The notes under the pieces are model-generated. The model saw nothing but the letters and a program-made list of their open reading frames with translations, ran no database searches and was not told the DNA's origin. Source: a virus (Duplodnaviria; Heunggongvirae; Uroviricota; Caudoviricetes). Taken from it: DNA of 41,294 nucleotides. This document shows, piece after piece, positions 1 through 7,916 of the stretch (positions within the stretch are counted from its first letter, which is position 1; each line of letters opens with the position of its first letter). The stretch lies in IMG/VR virus record IMGVR_UViG_3300033074_000010, positions 1 through 41,294 of that record; one strand, 5' to 3'. The position numbers were made by a program, and so were the translations under genes.

Positions 1-41
1 GCGGTGGAGACTGCGTAGGGTTCAGGGGCTTATGACCGAAA

Positions 42-68
42 CCCGGACCGCGAATCCGGGTTTTATTT
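42..68 (+). terminator. intrinsic terminator-like hairpin
   Basis: Stem CCCGGA(42-47)/TCCGGG(55-60) followed by TTTT(61-64). Confidence 0.4.
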
Positions 69-74
69 TACCAA

Positions 75-103
75 TTGACACCTAAGACTAATACGACGAT
101 ACT
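75..103 (+). promoter_or_regulatory. sigma70-like promoter
   Basis: TTGACA(75-80), 17-nt spacer, GATACT(98-103). Confidence 0.45.
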
Positions 104-144
104 TAAATCACCTCCTGTTCCATCCCTCTGCTCTCCAGTTTTAT

Positions 145-174
145 CCCGGCCCTGACCCAGCCGGGATTTTTTTT
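145..174 (+). terminator. rho-independent terminator
   Basis: Stem CCCGGC(145-150)/GCCGGG(160-165) followed by T8 run (167-174). Confidence 0.6.
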
Positions 175-196
175 ATCTATTTTCTGCAATGACTAG

Positions 197-225
197 TTGA
201 CTATTACCCTAGACCCTATTATATT
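197..225 (+). promoter_or_regulatory. sigma70-like promoter
   Basis: TTGACT(197-202), 17-nt spacer, TATATT(220-225); precedes first small ORF. Confidence 0.5.
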
Positions 226-258
226 TACTTCATCGACAACGAGAACGGAGTAGAGAAG

Positions 259-408
259 ATGAAAATCACAGATATCGAAGCATTCGAAGACGCACAACTG
301 ATGGCACGTATTGCCGTTCATAACCTGAGCAACAGTATTCCGGCGGACGAGATCTGGTTCGCAGCGATGCAGACACTTAAAGCAGCTTATGCAGGAGAGA
401 AGAAATGA
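259..408 (+). CDS. hypothetical small protein (49 aa)
   Basis: ATG with GGAG upstream; stop overlaps next start (ATGA); below the ORF-track size cutoff, read by hand. Confidence 0.45.
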   Translation: MKITDIEAFEDAQLMARIAVHNLSNSIPADEIWFAAMQTLKAAYAGEKK

Positions 409-563
409 GCGAACACGGTGAAGTAAGCCAACCATTACGAGTAGGCCGCAAAGTCAGTCATACCCCGTTCCCGACACGCGAGGAACTGATGAAACGCAAC
501 AGTTTCCCTGGGCCTGACAAGAACAAGTACCTAAATCGAATGTGGGGAGAGCGTAAAGTATGA
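405..563 (+). CDS. hypothetical small protein (52 aa)
   Basis: ATG 405 overlaps preceding stop; ends TGA 561-563 overlapping next ATG; hand-translated. Confidence 0.45.
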   Translation: MSEHGEVSQPLRVGRKVSHTPFPTREELMKRNSFPGPDKNKYLNRMWGERKV

Positions 564-733
564 CTAACAACGAATATGAGAAACTTAGCGTAGAATCCGC
601 GACCGGTGAATCTGAAATAGCATGGATTGACGCCCACATTGAGCACTACTTACGGCAAGTAGACGTCCTTATGGAACGCCGCCGTGAGCTTATTAACCGC
701 TTCAACCTGAACAAAGGTGACACTAATGCCTAA
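560..733 (+). CDS. hypothetical small protein (57 aa)
   Basis: ATG 560 in ATGA overlap; stop TAA 731-733; hand-translated. Confidence 0.45.
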   Translation: MTNNEYEKLSVESATGESEIAWIDAHIEHYLRQVDVLMERRRELINRFNLNKGDTNA

Positions 734-1004
734 AATCACAATCGCATCACTCGAACGCCGTATTCTGGTGCTTGAATCAGAGAAACAGACGTTAGGTGGG
801 CAACTGTCGATTAATGGTGAGTTTCAACTGGAGGCGTTTAAGCAGTTACTCACATTAACGGCGGACATAGAAAGTATGCTTTGGTTGCTGGGGTCGGGAG
901 AATGGGCCGAACATTGCGCTGAATCGGAGTTAGGCAAACGGCTTGAGTCAGAGATTACTAACATGCTGAGTGGTCTTGGGTGGTCTCCAGATGAAAGCGC
1001 CTGA
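726..1004 (+). CDS. hypothetical protein (92 aa)
   Basis: ORF track 717..1004; likely ATG at 726 after AAAGGTGA. Confidence 0.55.
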   Translation: MPKITIASLERRILVLESEKQTLGGQLSINGEFQLEAFKQLLTLTADIESMLWLLGSGEWAEHCAESELGKRLESEITNMLSGLGWSPDESA

Positions 1005-1173
1005 ACCGGTAGTTATTGATGGCGTCTTGTGGAAGCCTTACTCGGTTAACCACATCGACGCCGACGGGAAGAAGTTCAGCTTCTACATTTTTGCAATTAG
1101 CCGTGAGCACGCCGCCTGTGTGGTCGACGATATACGAGAAACGGCGTGGCTTGGCGATGAGATAGTGAGGTGA
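991..1173 (+). CDS. hypothetical protein (60 aa)
   Basis: ORF track 970..1173; ATG 991 overlaps upstream gene end. Confidence 0.5.
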   Translation: MKAPEPVVIDGVLWKPYSVNHIDADGKKFSFYIFAISREHAACVVDDIRETAWLGDEIVR

Positions 1174-1177
1174 GAGT

Positions 1178-1276
1178 ATGAGTATGAGTCTCGAGGTGGT
1201 TATTGGCCTTGTAGCAGCAGGTTATTTTATCGGCGTATTGATTGGGTTTATGTGGGGTAGAGACAGTGTTCAGTGA
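1178..1276 (+). CDS. possible small membrane protein (32 aa)
   Basis: Hand-translated MSMSLEVVIGLVAAGYFIGVLIGFMWGRDSVQ; one hydrophobic helix; GAGG upstream; overlaps ORF 1242..1436 in another frame. Confidence 0.3.
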   Translation: MSMSLEVVIGLVAAGYFIGVLIGFMWGRDSVQ

Positions 1277-1436
1277 CATCAACGCGGCAATCGAAGAAGC
1301 AATCTGGCGCCGATACAACGGCGAGCAACAACGCCACTTCTGCCTGGTGCAACGCGGTAACATGATTGCCGTAGTGCAGGACCGCGATAACAAATATCCG
1401 AATGCGATGTGGACAACGAGGAATTTCTTAGGATGA
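1242..1436 (+). CDS. hypothetical protein (64 aa)
   Basis: ORF track; no clear RBS; stop overlaps next ATG (ATGA at 1433-1436). Confidence 0.3.
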   Translation: MGLCGVETVFSDINAAIEEAIWRRYNGEQQRHFCLVQRGNMIAVVQDRDNKYPNAMWTTRNFLG

Positions 1437-1669
1437 TTACCAGCATTCCGAACCTGATTAAAGAATTTGGCACGATGGCGGAGACATGCCGACAAACTGG
1501 CATCAACGAAATGACGATTGCGAAGTACAGCAAAGATGTTGATTGCGAGCGCCACGTAATTTATAACAACCGTCTTATGACGCACGTTAAGACAAGCCCG
1601 GTGTTATTCACGCGCCGGGGTATCACTAAAACTGAGCAACGCATTGCTAAAGAGGAGAGCAGGGAATGA
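1433..1669 (+). CDS. hypothetical protein (78 aa)
   Basis: ORF track 1409..1669; ATG 1433 in ATGA overlap; AGGAA upstream. Confidence 0.5.
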   Translation: MITSIPNLIKEFGTMAETCRQTGINEMTIAKYSKDVDCERHVIYNNRLMTHVKTSPVLFTRRGITKTEQRIAKEESRE

Positions 1670-1767
1670 GACTGCTAATCATCCCCAACGCTTGGACCAT
1701 TACCGTAGCTAACGACCATTACGGCGGCGATGGTAAAAGAGCACCACGACACGGCCTGTATAACTGA
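1666..1767 (+). CDS. hypothetical small protein (33 aa)
   Basis: ATG 1666 in ATGA overlap with upstream stop; GGAGAG upstream; hand-translated. Confidence 0.35.
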   Translation: MRLLIIPNAWTITVANDHYGGDGKRAPRHGLYN

Positions 1768-1781
1768 TTGGAGAGTAAGAT

Positions 1782-2003
1782 ATGAAAATTAAGCTAATAT
1801 CGGATGATGATGTTATGAATTGTGTAGGTAAGATGCACCACGGAGAGCCTACTTATTACATCTGTAACGTATTAAAATACACATATCCGAATTTAGACAC
1901 ACCATCAGTTCTCCGTAAGATTAAGGATATGGAGAAAAGAGGCCTCGTAAAGCGAACTAAAAGTCCGCTCTTCAAAAATAGCATAACCTGGACCTCGGTA
2001 TAG
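1782..2003 (+). CDS. hypothetical protein (73 aa), AT-rich
   Basis: ORF track; RBS GGAGAG 1770-1775; followed by terminator; lower GC than neighbours. Confidence 0.55.
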   Translation: MKIKLISDDDVMNCVGKMHHGEPTYYICNVLKYTYPNLDTPSVLRKIKDMEKRGLVKRTKSPLFKNSITWTSV

Positions 2004-2012
2004 CCGCTACTT

Positions 2013-2034
2013 GCCCTCTACGGAGGGCTTTTCT
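2013..2034 (+). terminator. rho-independent terminator
   Basis: Stem GCCCTC(2013-2018)/GAGGGC(2023-2028), loop TACG, then TTTTCT. Confidence 0.6.
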
Positions 2035-2128
2035 GTACATCCCGCCCAATACCCTTATATAATCCCTTTAGACGCGTAGGGCGCGTCTGGTGCGCTCTGA
2101 TGGTCAGACGCATATGCAAGGGGATTCT

Positions 2129-2674
2129 ATGAAGCTGAAACTTAAGCAGCCATCGCCAGAGGTGGTGCAAGCTGCACATGAAGAAGCTGTTAGCGCAAAC
2201 CGTCGCCGTAACCGACCGCGCGGTAAACAGAGCCTTTATCAATCATCCCGTAATTCCGCCGCGTTATGGGACCTGGGCTATTGCGACGAATTGATTCGTT
2301 TCTTCGACCGCACGTCATGGGAGCTTGTGCCTACGTCCAAGGGTGACGAACGTCCGCTGATTCAGGATAAACCGCCATCACTGGCCCGCTTCGCCTTACA
2401 CATCGGCGTCACTATACCAATTATTAAGCTGTGGCTGCGCGAGATTCCCGCATTTGCAGAAGCCTATGAAACAGCACAGGCGCTGGAAGAGGCATACTTC
2501 ACCGAGACAGGGGCCGCGGGCATTTCGGCTACGTTTGCTGCTGCGAAACTGGGGCTTAGCAAAGAGAAACCGGTTGAATCCACCGAAGAAACAGCACCGA
2601 CCGAGATTGTTTTCAGTGTTGCAGAGCCTGTAGGTAAAATCGTAACAACTAACATGGGCGAGGTAGAGGAATGA
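2129..2674 (+). CDS. terminase small subunit (putative)
   Basis: ORF directly upstream of and overlapping large terminase (ATGA at 2671); basic N-terminal region; alternative in-frame ATG at 2114. Confidence 0.55.
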   Translation: MKLKLKQPSPEVVQAAHEEAVSANRRRNRPRGKQSLYQSSRNSAALWDLGYCDELIRFFDRTSWELVPTSKGDERPLIQDKPPSLARFALHIGVTIPIIKLWLREIPAFAEAYETAQALEEAYFTETGAAGISATFAAAKLGLSKEKPVESTEETAPTEIVFSVAEPVGKIVTTNMGEVEE

Positions 2675-3921
2675 GTATTCAGCTATCCGCGCCCCAGGCT
2701 CTGTTCCTGAATTGCGATAACAAGTACAAGGCCTACGTCGGTGGCTTCGGCAGCGGTAAGACATTTGTTGGCTGCCTTGACCTGCTTACATTTATGCTCA
2801 AACACCCCGGTACGCGCCTGGGCTACTTCGGCCCCACATACCCCGCTATCCGTGACATCTTCTACCCAACATTCGAGGAAGCGGCTAACCTGCTTGGCCT
2901 CGATGTGCTGGTTAAATCCGGCGACAAAGAAGTTGTGGTTACTCGCGGTAAGACTGTGCTCGGTACGGTTATCTGCCGTTCGATGGATAACCCCGGCTCG
3001 ATAGTCGGTTTCAAAATCGCGGCTGCGGTAGTGGATGAACTGGACGTATTGAGCCGCGAGAAAGCCGAGCTGGCGTGGAACAAAATCGTGGCCCGTATGC
3101 GTCTGGTTATACCGGGTGTAATTAACCACATCTCTGTCACCACAACGCCGGAAGGGTTCAAGTTCGTCTATGCCAAGTTCAAAGAGAATCCGACGCCAAG
3201 TTACTCAATGGTGCAGGCATCAACTCACGAGAATGCGCGGTTCCTGCCACCGGATTACATTAGCTCGCTGACAGAGACTTACCCTGCGCAACTGATTAAC
3301 GCGTATCTGAACGGCGAGTTTGTCAACCTGACCTCCGGCAGCGTGTATTACGCCTATGACCGCCGTAAGCACCGCAGCAAAGAGACAATTCAGCCGGGCG
3401 ACACGCTGTACATCGGTCAGGACTTCAACGTTACGAAGAACGCCAGCGCCGTGTATGTGCAACGTAAAGACGGCTGGCACGCGGTAGCAGAACTGAAAGG
3501 CCTGTTCGATACGCCGGACACCGTTAGAGTGATTACTGAGAAGTGGAAGTCGCAAGGCCACCGCATCGTCGTTTACCCCGACGCAAGCGGCAAGAACCGA
3601 AAAACCAACTCGGCGTCAATCTCTGATATTGCGTTACTCCAGCAGGCTGGTTTCGATGTTCGCGCTAAATCTGCCAACCCCCCGGTTAAAGACCGCGTTT
3701 TAGCCGTGAATACCGCGCTGGAAAAAGGTAAGCTGTGGGTTAATGACCACTTATGCCCTGAGATAGCCAAGACGCTGGAGCAGCAGGCATACGACGATAA
3801 CGGAGAGCCAGCTAAAGATGGCATCATTGACCACATGGCGGATGCCCTCGGCTATCCTGTAGTTTACGAGATGCCGGTGGTTAAACCAGTAATCAACATC
3901 CCGGTGACTTTCGCACTTTAA
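2671..3921 (+). CDS. terL: terminase large subunit
   Basis: Walker A GGFGSGKT near N-terminus; 416 aa; position before portal. Confidence 0.85.
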   Translation: MSIQLSAPQALFLNCDNKYKAYVGGFGSGKTFVGCLDLLTFMLKHPGTRLGYFGPTYPAIRDIFYPTFEEAANLLGLDVLVKSGDKEVVVTRGKTVLGTVICRSMDNPGSIVGFKIAAAVVDELDVLSREKAELAWNKIVARMRLVIPGVINHISVTTTPEGFKFVYAKFKENPTPSYSMVQASTHENARFLPPDYISSLTETYPAQLINAYLNGEFVNLTSGSVYYAYDRRKHRSKETIQPGDTLYIGQDFNVTKNASAVYVQRKDGWHAVAELKGLFDTPDTVRVITEKWKSQGHRIVVYPDASGKNRKTNSASISDIALLQQAGFDVRAKSANPPVKDRVLAVNTALEKGKLWVNDHLCPEIAKTLEQQAYDDNGEPAKDGIIDHMADALGYPVVYEMPVVKPVINIPVTFAL

Positions 3922-3932
3922 GAGGACAACAA

Positions 3933-5426
3933 ATGGTTTCCGCAAACATTAACGCAGGGCAAGGGCAGAACGTTAAAACGCGCCACCGCCAGTACGAAGA
4001 GTATTTCCCTAAGTGGCAGAAGGTGCGACATGCGCTTTCTGGCGACCTGACATCATATTTACGGGATGTGGGTAAGAATGAGCCGGACCCTGTGTATGGT
4101 CGCCAGCGTCAGGCTGAATACGAAGCGGGGGCAATTTGCTACAACTTCACCAAGCGAACGCTTTCCGGCATGGTCGGCAGCGTAATGCGCAAAGACCCAG
4201 AGATGATTATTCCGTCTCAGATGGAATACCTGACCACTAACTGTGACGGGTCGGGCGTTGGCCTGTGGCAGCACGCGCAGGATACCCTGTATGAGATTGA
4301 TGCTGTCGGTCGCGGCGGCTTGCTGGTGGACGCGCCCGCGGTAGAAGTCGCTACTATGGCGGAGCAAAACGAGGGCTTACTAAACCCTACAATTGCTTTC
4401 TACACTGCTGAGAACATCATTAACTGGCGTCTCCAGCGCGTCGGGTCGGTCAATCGTGTGGTTATGGTTGTATTGCGCGAAGAATACGAGTACACCGACG
4501 GAACTGACGAGTTCAGCCCCAACTACGGCGAACAATACCGCGTCCTTGATATTTTCGAAGGCCAGTATCGCCAGCGTCTGTACCGGTTTAACCAGAAAGG
4601 CGCACTGATGGAAGGAGGTTACATCGAAATCTTCCCGAAACTCGGTAACATCCCGGTCGGGGTGATTCCGTTTACGTTCATTGGGGCCGGGAATAATGAC
4701 TCGACCCCTGACGATGCACCTTTGCTGCCTCTGGCTGAACTTAATATCGGGCATTTCCGCAACAGTGCAGACAATGAGGAGTCCAGCTTCGTTGTAGGTC
4801 AACCCACTCTGTTCATTGCGCCGGGCGAGAATATGAGCATGGAGCAGTGGAAAGAAGCCAACCCTCACGGCGTCCGCATGGGGTCGCGTTCGGGCCATAA
4901 CATCGGTTACGGCGGCAATGCGTTTCTGGTTCAGGCGGAGGAGAACAACCTCGCTAAGCAGAACATGCTGGATAAAGAGAATCAGGCCATCCAGATTGGT
5001 GCGCAGCTTATCACCCCGACGCAGCAAATCACCGCTGAATCCGCCCGCCTGCAACGCGGCGCTGACACGTCCGTTATGGCGACAATTGCGCGTAATGTAA
5101 GCTCTGCGTATACCGATGCGCTGAAATGGGTTGCGGGTATGCTAGGATTGCGTGGAGACACAGAGATTGAGTTCAAGCTGAATATGGAGTTCTTCCTGCA
5201 GCCTATGACCGCCCAGGACCGCGCTCAGTGGATGGCGGACATTAACGCGGGCCTGTTACCTGCTACTGCTTACTACGCAGCGTTGCGTAAGGCGGGTGTA
5301 ACCGACTGGACGGATGAGGACCTTCAGAACGCTATCGAGGATGCGCCACTGCCGTTAGGTGCTGTTGCTCAGGTATCGGGGGAGATTCCGCAGTCGGCGC
5401 AGCAACAGGACACCACTCAGCAGTAA
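3933..5426 (+). CDS. portal protein
   Basis: 497-aa ORF immediately after terminase; RBS AAGAGGA; size and position typical of portal. Confidence 0.7.
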   Translation: MVSANINAGQGQNVKTRHRQYEEYFPKWQKVRHALSGDLTSYLRDVGKNEPDPVYGRQRQAEYEAGAICYNFTKRTLSGMVGSVMRKDPEMIIPSQMEYLTTNCDGSGVGLWQHAQDTLYEIDAVGRGGLLVDAPAVEVATMAEQNEGLLNPTIAFYTAENIINWRLQRVGSVNRVVMVVLREEYEYTDGTDEFSPNYGEQYRVLDIFEGQYRQRLYRFNQKGALMEGGYIEIFPKLGNIPVGVIPFTFIGAGNNDSTPDDAPLLPLAELNIGHFRNSADNEESSFVVGQPTLFIAPGENMSMEQWKEANPHGVRMGSRSGHNIGYGGNAFLVQAEENNLAKQNMLDKENQAIQIGAQLITPTQQITAESARLQRGADTSVMATIARNVSSAYTDALKWVAGMLGLRGDTEIEFKLNMEFFLQPMTAQDRAQWMADINAGLLPATAYYAALRKAGVTDWTDEDLQNAIEDAPLPLGAVAQVSGEIPQSAQQQDTTQQ

Positions 5427-5436
5427 GTTCACCTAT

Positions 5437-5457
5437 AGCCCCGAAAGGGGCTTTCTT
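5437..5457 (+). terminator. terminator-like hairpin
   Basis: Stem AGCCCC/GGGGCT with GAAA loop followed by TTCTT. Confidence 0.5.
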
Positions 5458-5462
5458 ATAGT

Positions 5463-6539
5463 ATGCTATTAACTTTAGCGCCACAGGGTTTATCTATGAG
5501 CTTACTTACATCTCTAATCAGCCACCAGATATGGCTGCAACGCACCGCATCCGGTGAAGTGAAAGGCCTCGCACCGTTCATTAAGGAGATGCGGGACGAA
5601 ATAAAACGGCAGGTTCTGTTATTCGGCGACGACGGGCGAAGCTCGCGCCGACTGAATAAATTGTTACGCGACCTTGAAGAAGCGCTAACCGGACTTACAG
5701 GCGACTGGCAAACAAAGCTGACAGAAGACCTTAAGGAACTGGCGGCGTATGAGGCGGAGTGGAACGTAAAGACGCTGACAGCTAACGTAGACGCGGAATT
5801 TGTCACGCCTACCGCGGAACAGGTGTGGGCCGCTGCCGAGTTTCAACCTCTGTCGCTAAGTGACAAGCCCGTTGACTTCACCAAGCTGATGTCAGGCTGG
5901 GGTGAAGCGGAGGTCGCGCGCCTTGTAACTGGCGTTAAGATGGGCTTTGTGCAAGGCCAAACCACACGGCAGATTGTTAAAGAAGTAGTTGGTAAAGGCG
6001 GCCTGGCTGACGTATCAGAGAAACACGCCGCTACAGTAATCCGCACCGCGCTGTCCCACGTGTCCAACGAAGCCCGTAATGAGACATACCGCCAGAACGA
6101 CGACATCATCGAGAAATACGAATGGGTGTCAACGCTGGACAGCCGCACCAGTACGATTTGCAGAGCCAGAGACGGAATGACGTGGGGAATCGGTAAAGGG
6201 CCAATGCCCCCTGCCCATCCGAACTGCCGGTCGTGCACGGCGCCCGTAATTAGCTCGGAGTTCGACTTCCTCGATAAAGGCGCAAAACGTGCGGCTAAGG
6301 GCGCGGACGGAGGTACTCAGGTAAGTGCGGACACCACCTATTACGAGTTCCTGAAACAACAACCGGCATGGTTTCAGGACCAGGCGCTCGGCCCTGTTCG
6401 CGGTAAGATTTTCCGTAACAGCGGTATATCGCCGGAAGAGTTTCGCGTAATATCTGTAGATGGTTTCGGTAATCCGCTGACGCTTAAGCAGATGGCGGAA
6501 CTCGATAAACGTGTTGCTGATTATCTGAAAGGGGATTAA
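5463..6539 (+). CDS. head morphogenesis / minor head protein (putative)
   Basis: 358-aa ORF after portal, gene-order analogy to SPP1 gp7 / Mu F-like; alternative ATG at 5496. Confidence 0.55.
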   Translation: MLLTLAPQGLSMSLLTSLISHQIWLQRTASGEVKGLAPFIKEMRDEIKRQVLLFGDDGRSSRRLNKLLRDLEEALTGLTGDWQTKLTEDLKELAAYEAEWNVKTLTANVDAEFVTPTAEQVWAAAEFQPLSLSDKPVDFTKLMSGWGEAEVARLVTGVKMGFVQGQTTRQIVKEVVGKGGLADVSEKHAATVIRTALSHVSNEARNETYRQNDDIIEKYEWVSTLDSRTSTICRARDGMTWGIGKGPMPPAHPNCRSCTAPVISSEFDFLDKGAKRAAKGADGGTQVSADTTYYEFLKQQPAWFQDQALGPVRGKIFRNSGISPEEFRVISVDGFGNPLTLKQMAELDKRVADYLKGD

Positions 6540-7000
6540 TGATGGGCTTTTTCAAAGTAACTGATGTGCCGTCGCGTCGCGTAGTCCAGTACGCTCGTGT
6601 GTCTGGCTCCGGTGAGAACGTGGTATTTATTGAAGATGAAAGTGTACTGGGTACACCAGTAGACGATATGCCGTTTGCGGACAAGACTGGTATTGCGCTG
6701 CCTGCGGCAGGTATGCTTTACGAGATTCCGTATCTGGCGGACGCTGGCGACGTGTATTTCTCTGCACAACCACAGGACGTCGAACTGGCAGACGGCAGCG
6801 CCACTATCACTGTCGAGGTTAAGGCGGGCAAAGCACCATACGCGCTGACCTGGTACAAAGACGGTAAGGAAGTGGTAAACGCCCCGGAAGAGGCTTTGTC
6901 TCTGACGGTTAATGCGGTGGGTGAATACTTCGTTAAAGTTACTGATGCCGATGGTGTAGAGGCCGTAAGCAAAGCGGCGAAGGTCACTAAGCCAGAATAA
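6539..7000 (+). CDS. hypothetical structural protein with Ig-like C-terminal region
   Basis: 153-aa ORF; C-terminal segment (ATITVEVKAGKAPYALTWYKDGKEV) resembles Ig-like domains. Confidence 0.4.
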   Translation: MMGFFKVTDVPSRRVVQYARVSGSGENVVFIEDESVLGTPVDDMPFADKTGIALPAAGMLYEIPYLADAGDVYFSAQPQDVELADGSATITVEVKAGKAPYALTWYKDGKEVVNAPEEALSLTVNAVGEYFVKVTDADGVEAVSKAAKVTKPE

Positions 7001-7006
7001 ACTGAA

Positions 7007-7025
7007 GCCCCGAAAGGGGCTTTTT
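7007..7025 (+). terminator. rho-independent terminator
   Basis: Stem GCCCC(7007-7011)/GGGGC(7016-7020), GAAA loop, T5 run. Confidence 0.65.
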
Positions 7026-7089
7026 AGCGCCTGTGACTATTCCAGTTATTCCACCGAATTGTAAATGTTAGAATAAACTATTCGAATAG

Positions 7090-7118
7090 TTGACTTTTCA
7101 CCAAAAATGTGCTAAGCT
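7090..7118 (+). promoter_or_regulatory. sigma70-like promoter (extended -10)
   Basis: TTGACT(7090-7095), 17 nt, TGcTAAGCT(7110-7118); 16-bp perfect palindrome AACTATTCGAATAGTT (7076-7091) overlaps the -35. Confidence 0.55.
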
Positions 7119-7121
7119 CCA

Positions 7122-7230
7122 CCTGAGCTTGTGAAGTATGAACAAGCGACCGCGGCACGGCAGGTAACGGAGCCGGACGTTAAGTCCGAGTGTAGTTACG
7201 CTGACGCGTTCGGAAGGGCCATACTCTATT
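7122..7230 (+). ncRNA. candidate structured RNA / cis-regulatory leader, copy A (family unassigned)
   Basis: No ORF of 60 aa or more; 5' 34 nt identical and 3' ~31 nt near-identical to 36852-36963; conserved hairpin GCTTGT-9nt-ACAAGC. Confidence 0.4.
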
Positions 7231-7297
7231 GCTTGTGTAAAAAGTAACTGGTTTACTGAGATTACGCCGTTTCTATGTTTAAATGATAAGGACTAGC

Positions 7298-7324
7298 GCC
7301 CCGCTTTAAGGCGGGGCTTTACTT
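7298..7324 (+). terminator. terminator-like hairpin (weak U tract)
   Basis: Stem GCCCCGC(7298-7304)/GCGGGGC(7311-7317) followed by TTTACTT. Confidence 0.35.
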
Positions 7325-7341
7325 ATCGAGAAAGGGGAAAC

Positions 7342-7728
7342 ATGAATCTTAAAGCAACTGTCGTAGCAGGAGCATGTTTCATCATCCTGTTATATGTACA
7401 CGGCTACTTTCAATACCGCAGCGGCTGGAACGAAGGCCGGGCGAATCTCGTTTCGCAGCAACAGCAGAAAGCACAGGCTGAGTTAGCGAAGAAAACACAA
7501 CGGCAGCAGCAGGATGAATCAAAGGCCGCGGCCGCCGACAGCGAAGGCAAGACGAAATCAGAGGTGATTACCCGTGAAGTCGTTAAGTACATTAAAACAC
7601 CTGGTCGCAGCGTGTGCACTTTCGACGATGCTCGCGTCCTGCTCAAGTCCCGCGCCGTCGCAAACGCCAATTCCATCCCCGGATACGACGATGATGCAGC
7701 CACCGTGCAAGCTGGCACCACCAAGTAG
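7342..7728 (+). CDS. i-spanin (Rz-like), putative
   Basis: N-terminal TM helix then charged coiled-coil-like region; contains embedded +1-frame lipoprotein ORF. Confidence 0.55.
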   Translation: MNLKATVVAGACFIILLYVHGYFQYRSGWNEGRANLVSQQQQKAQAELAKKTQRQQQDESKAAAADSEGKTKSEVITREVVKYIKTPGRSVCTFDDARVLLKSRAVANANSIPGYDDDAATVQAGTTK

Positions 7729-7837
7729 CGATGCTGACGAGGATTTAGCTATCGACGTTCAGAACGCCGAATGCGTACGGCAACTGAGACTGAAAGTGTT
7801 CATGTTGCAGGATTACGTGCGGAATATTCTGGAATAG
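7574..7837 (+). CDS. o-spanin (Rz1-like lipoprotein), putative
   Basis: GTG start after GAGGTGA; lipobox LASC; Pro-rich mature region with MMQPP; overlaps the Rz-like ORF in another frame and extends past it. Confidence 0.55.
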   Translation: MKSLSTLKHLVAACALSTMLASCSSPAPSQTPIPSPDTTMMQPPCKLAPPSSDADEDLAIDVQNAECVRQLRLKVFMLQDYVRNILE

Positions 7838-7916
7838 TTGCCTTGTGTGTTGGAATAATTTATTCTTGACATGTAAATCCGGGAGGCCCGGATTCCAACG
7901 TCCAGGGGACATACTG

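Noticed and set aside
1097-1585. 162-aa minus-strand ORF in the supplied track
   Set aside because: Antisense to a series of tightly coupled + strand small genes with RBSs; no RBS of its own; most likely a spurious open frame.
4380-5054. 224-aa minus-strand ORF inside the portal gene
   Set aside because: Lies wholly antisense within a well-supported 497-aa gene; no start context; typical shadow ORF.
7122-7230. Repeated element as a tRNA, CRISPR repeat or RNA anti-CRISPR repeat mimic
   Set aside because: No T-loop GTTCGA(A)TCC or cloverleaf; only two widely separated copies with a diverged core, unlike a repeat-spacer array; too long and unlike the Enterobacteriaceae CRISPR repeats I can recall, though that recall is not a search.
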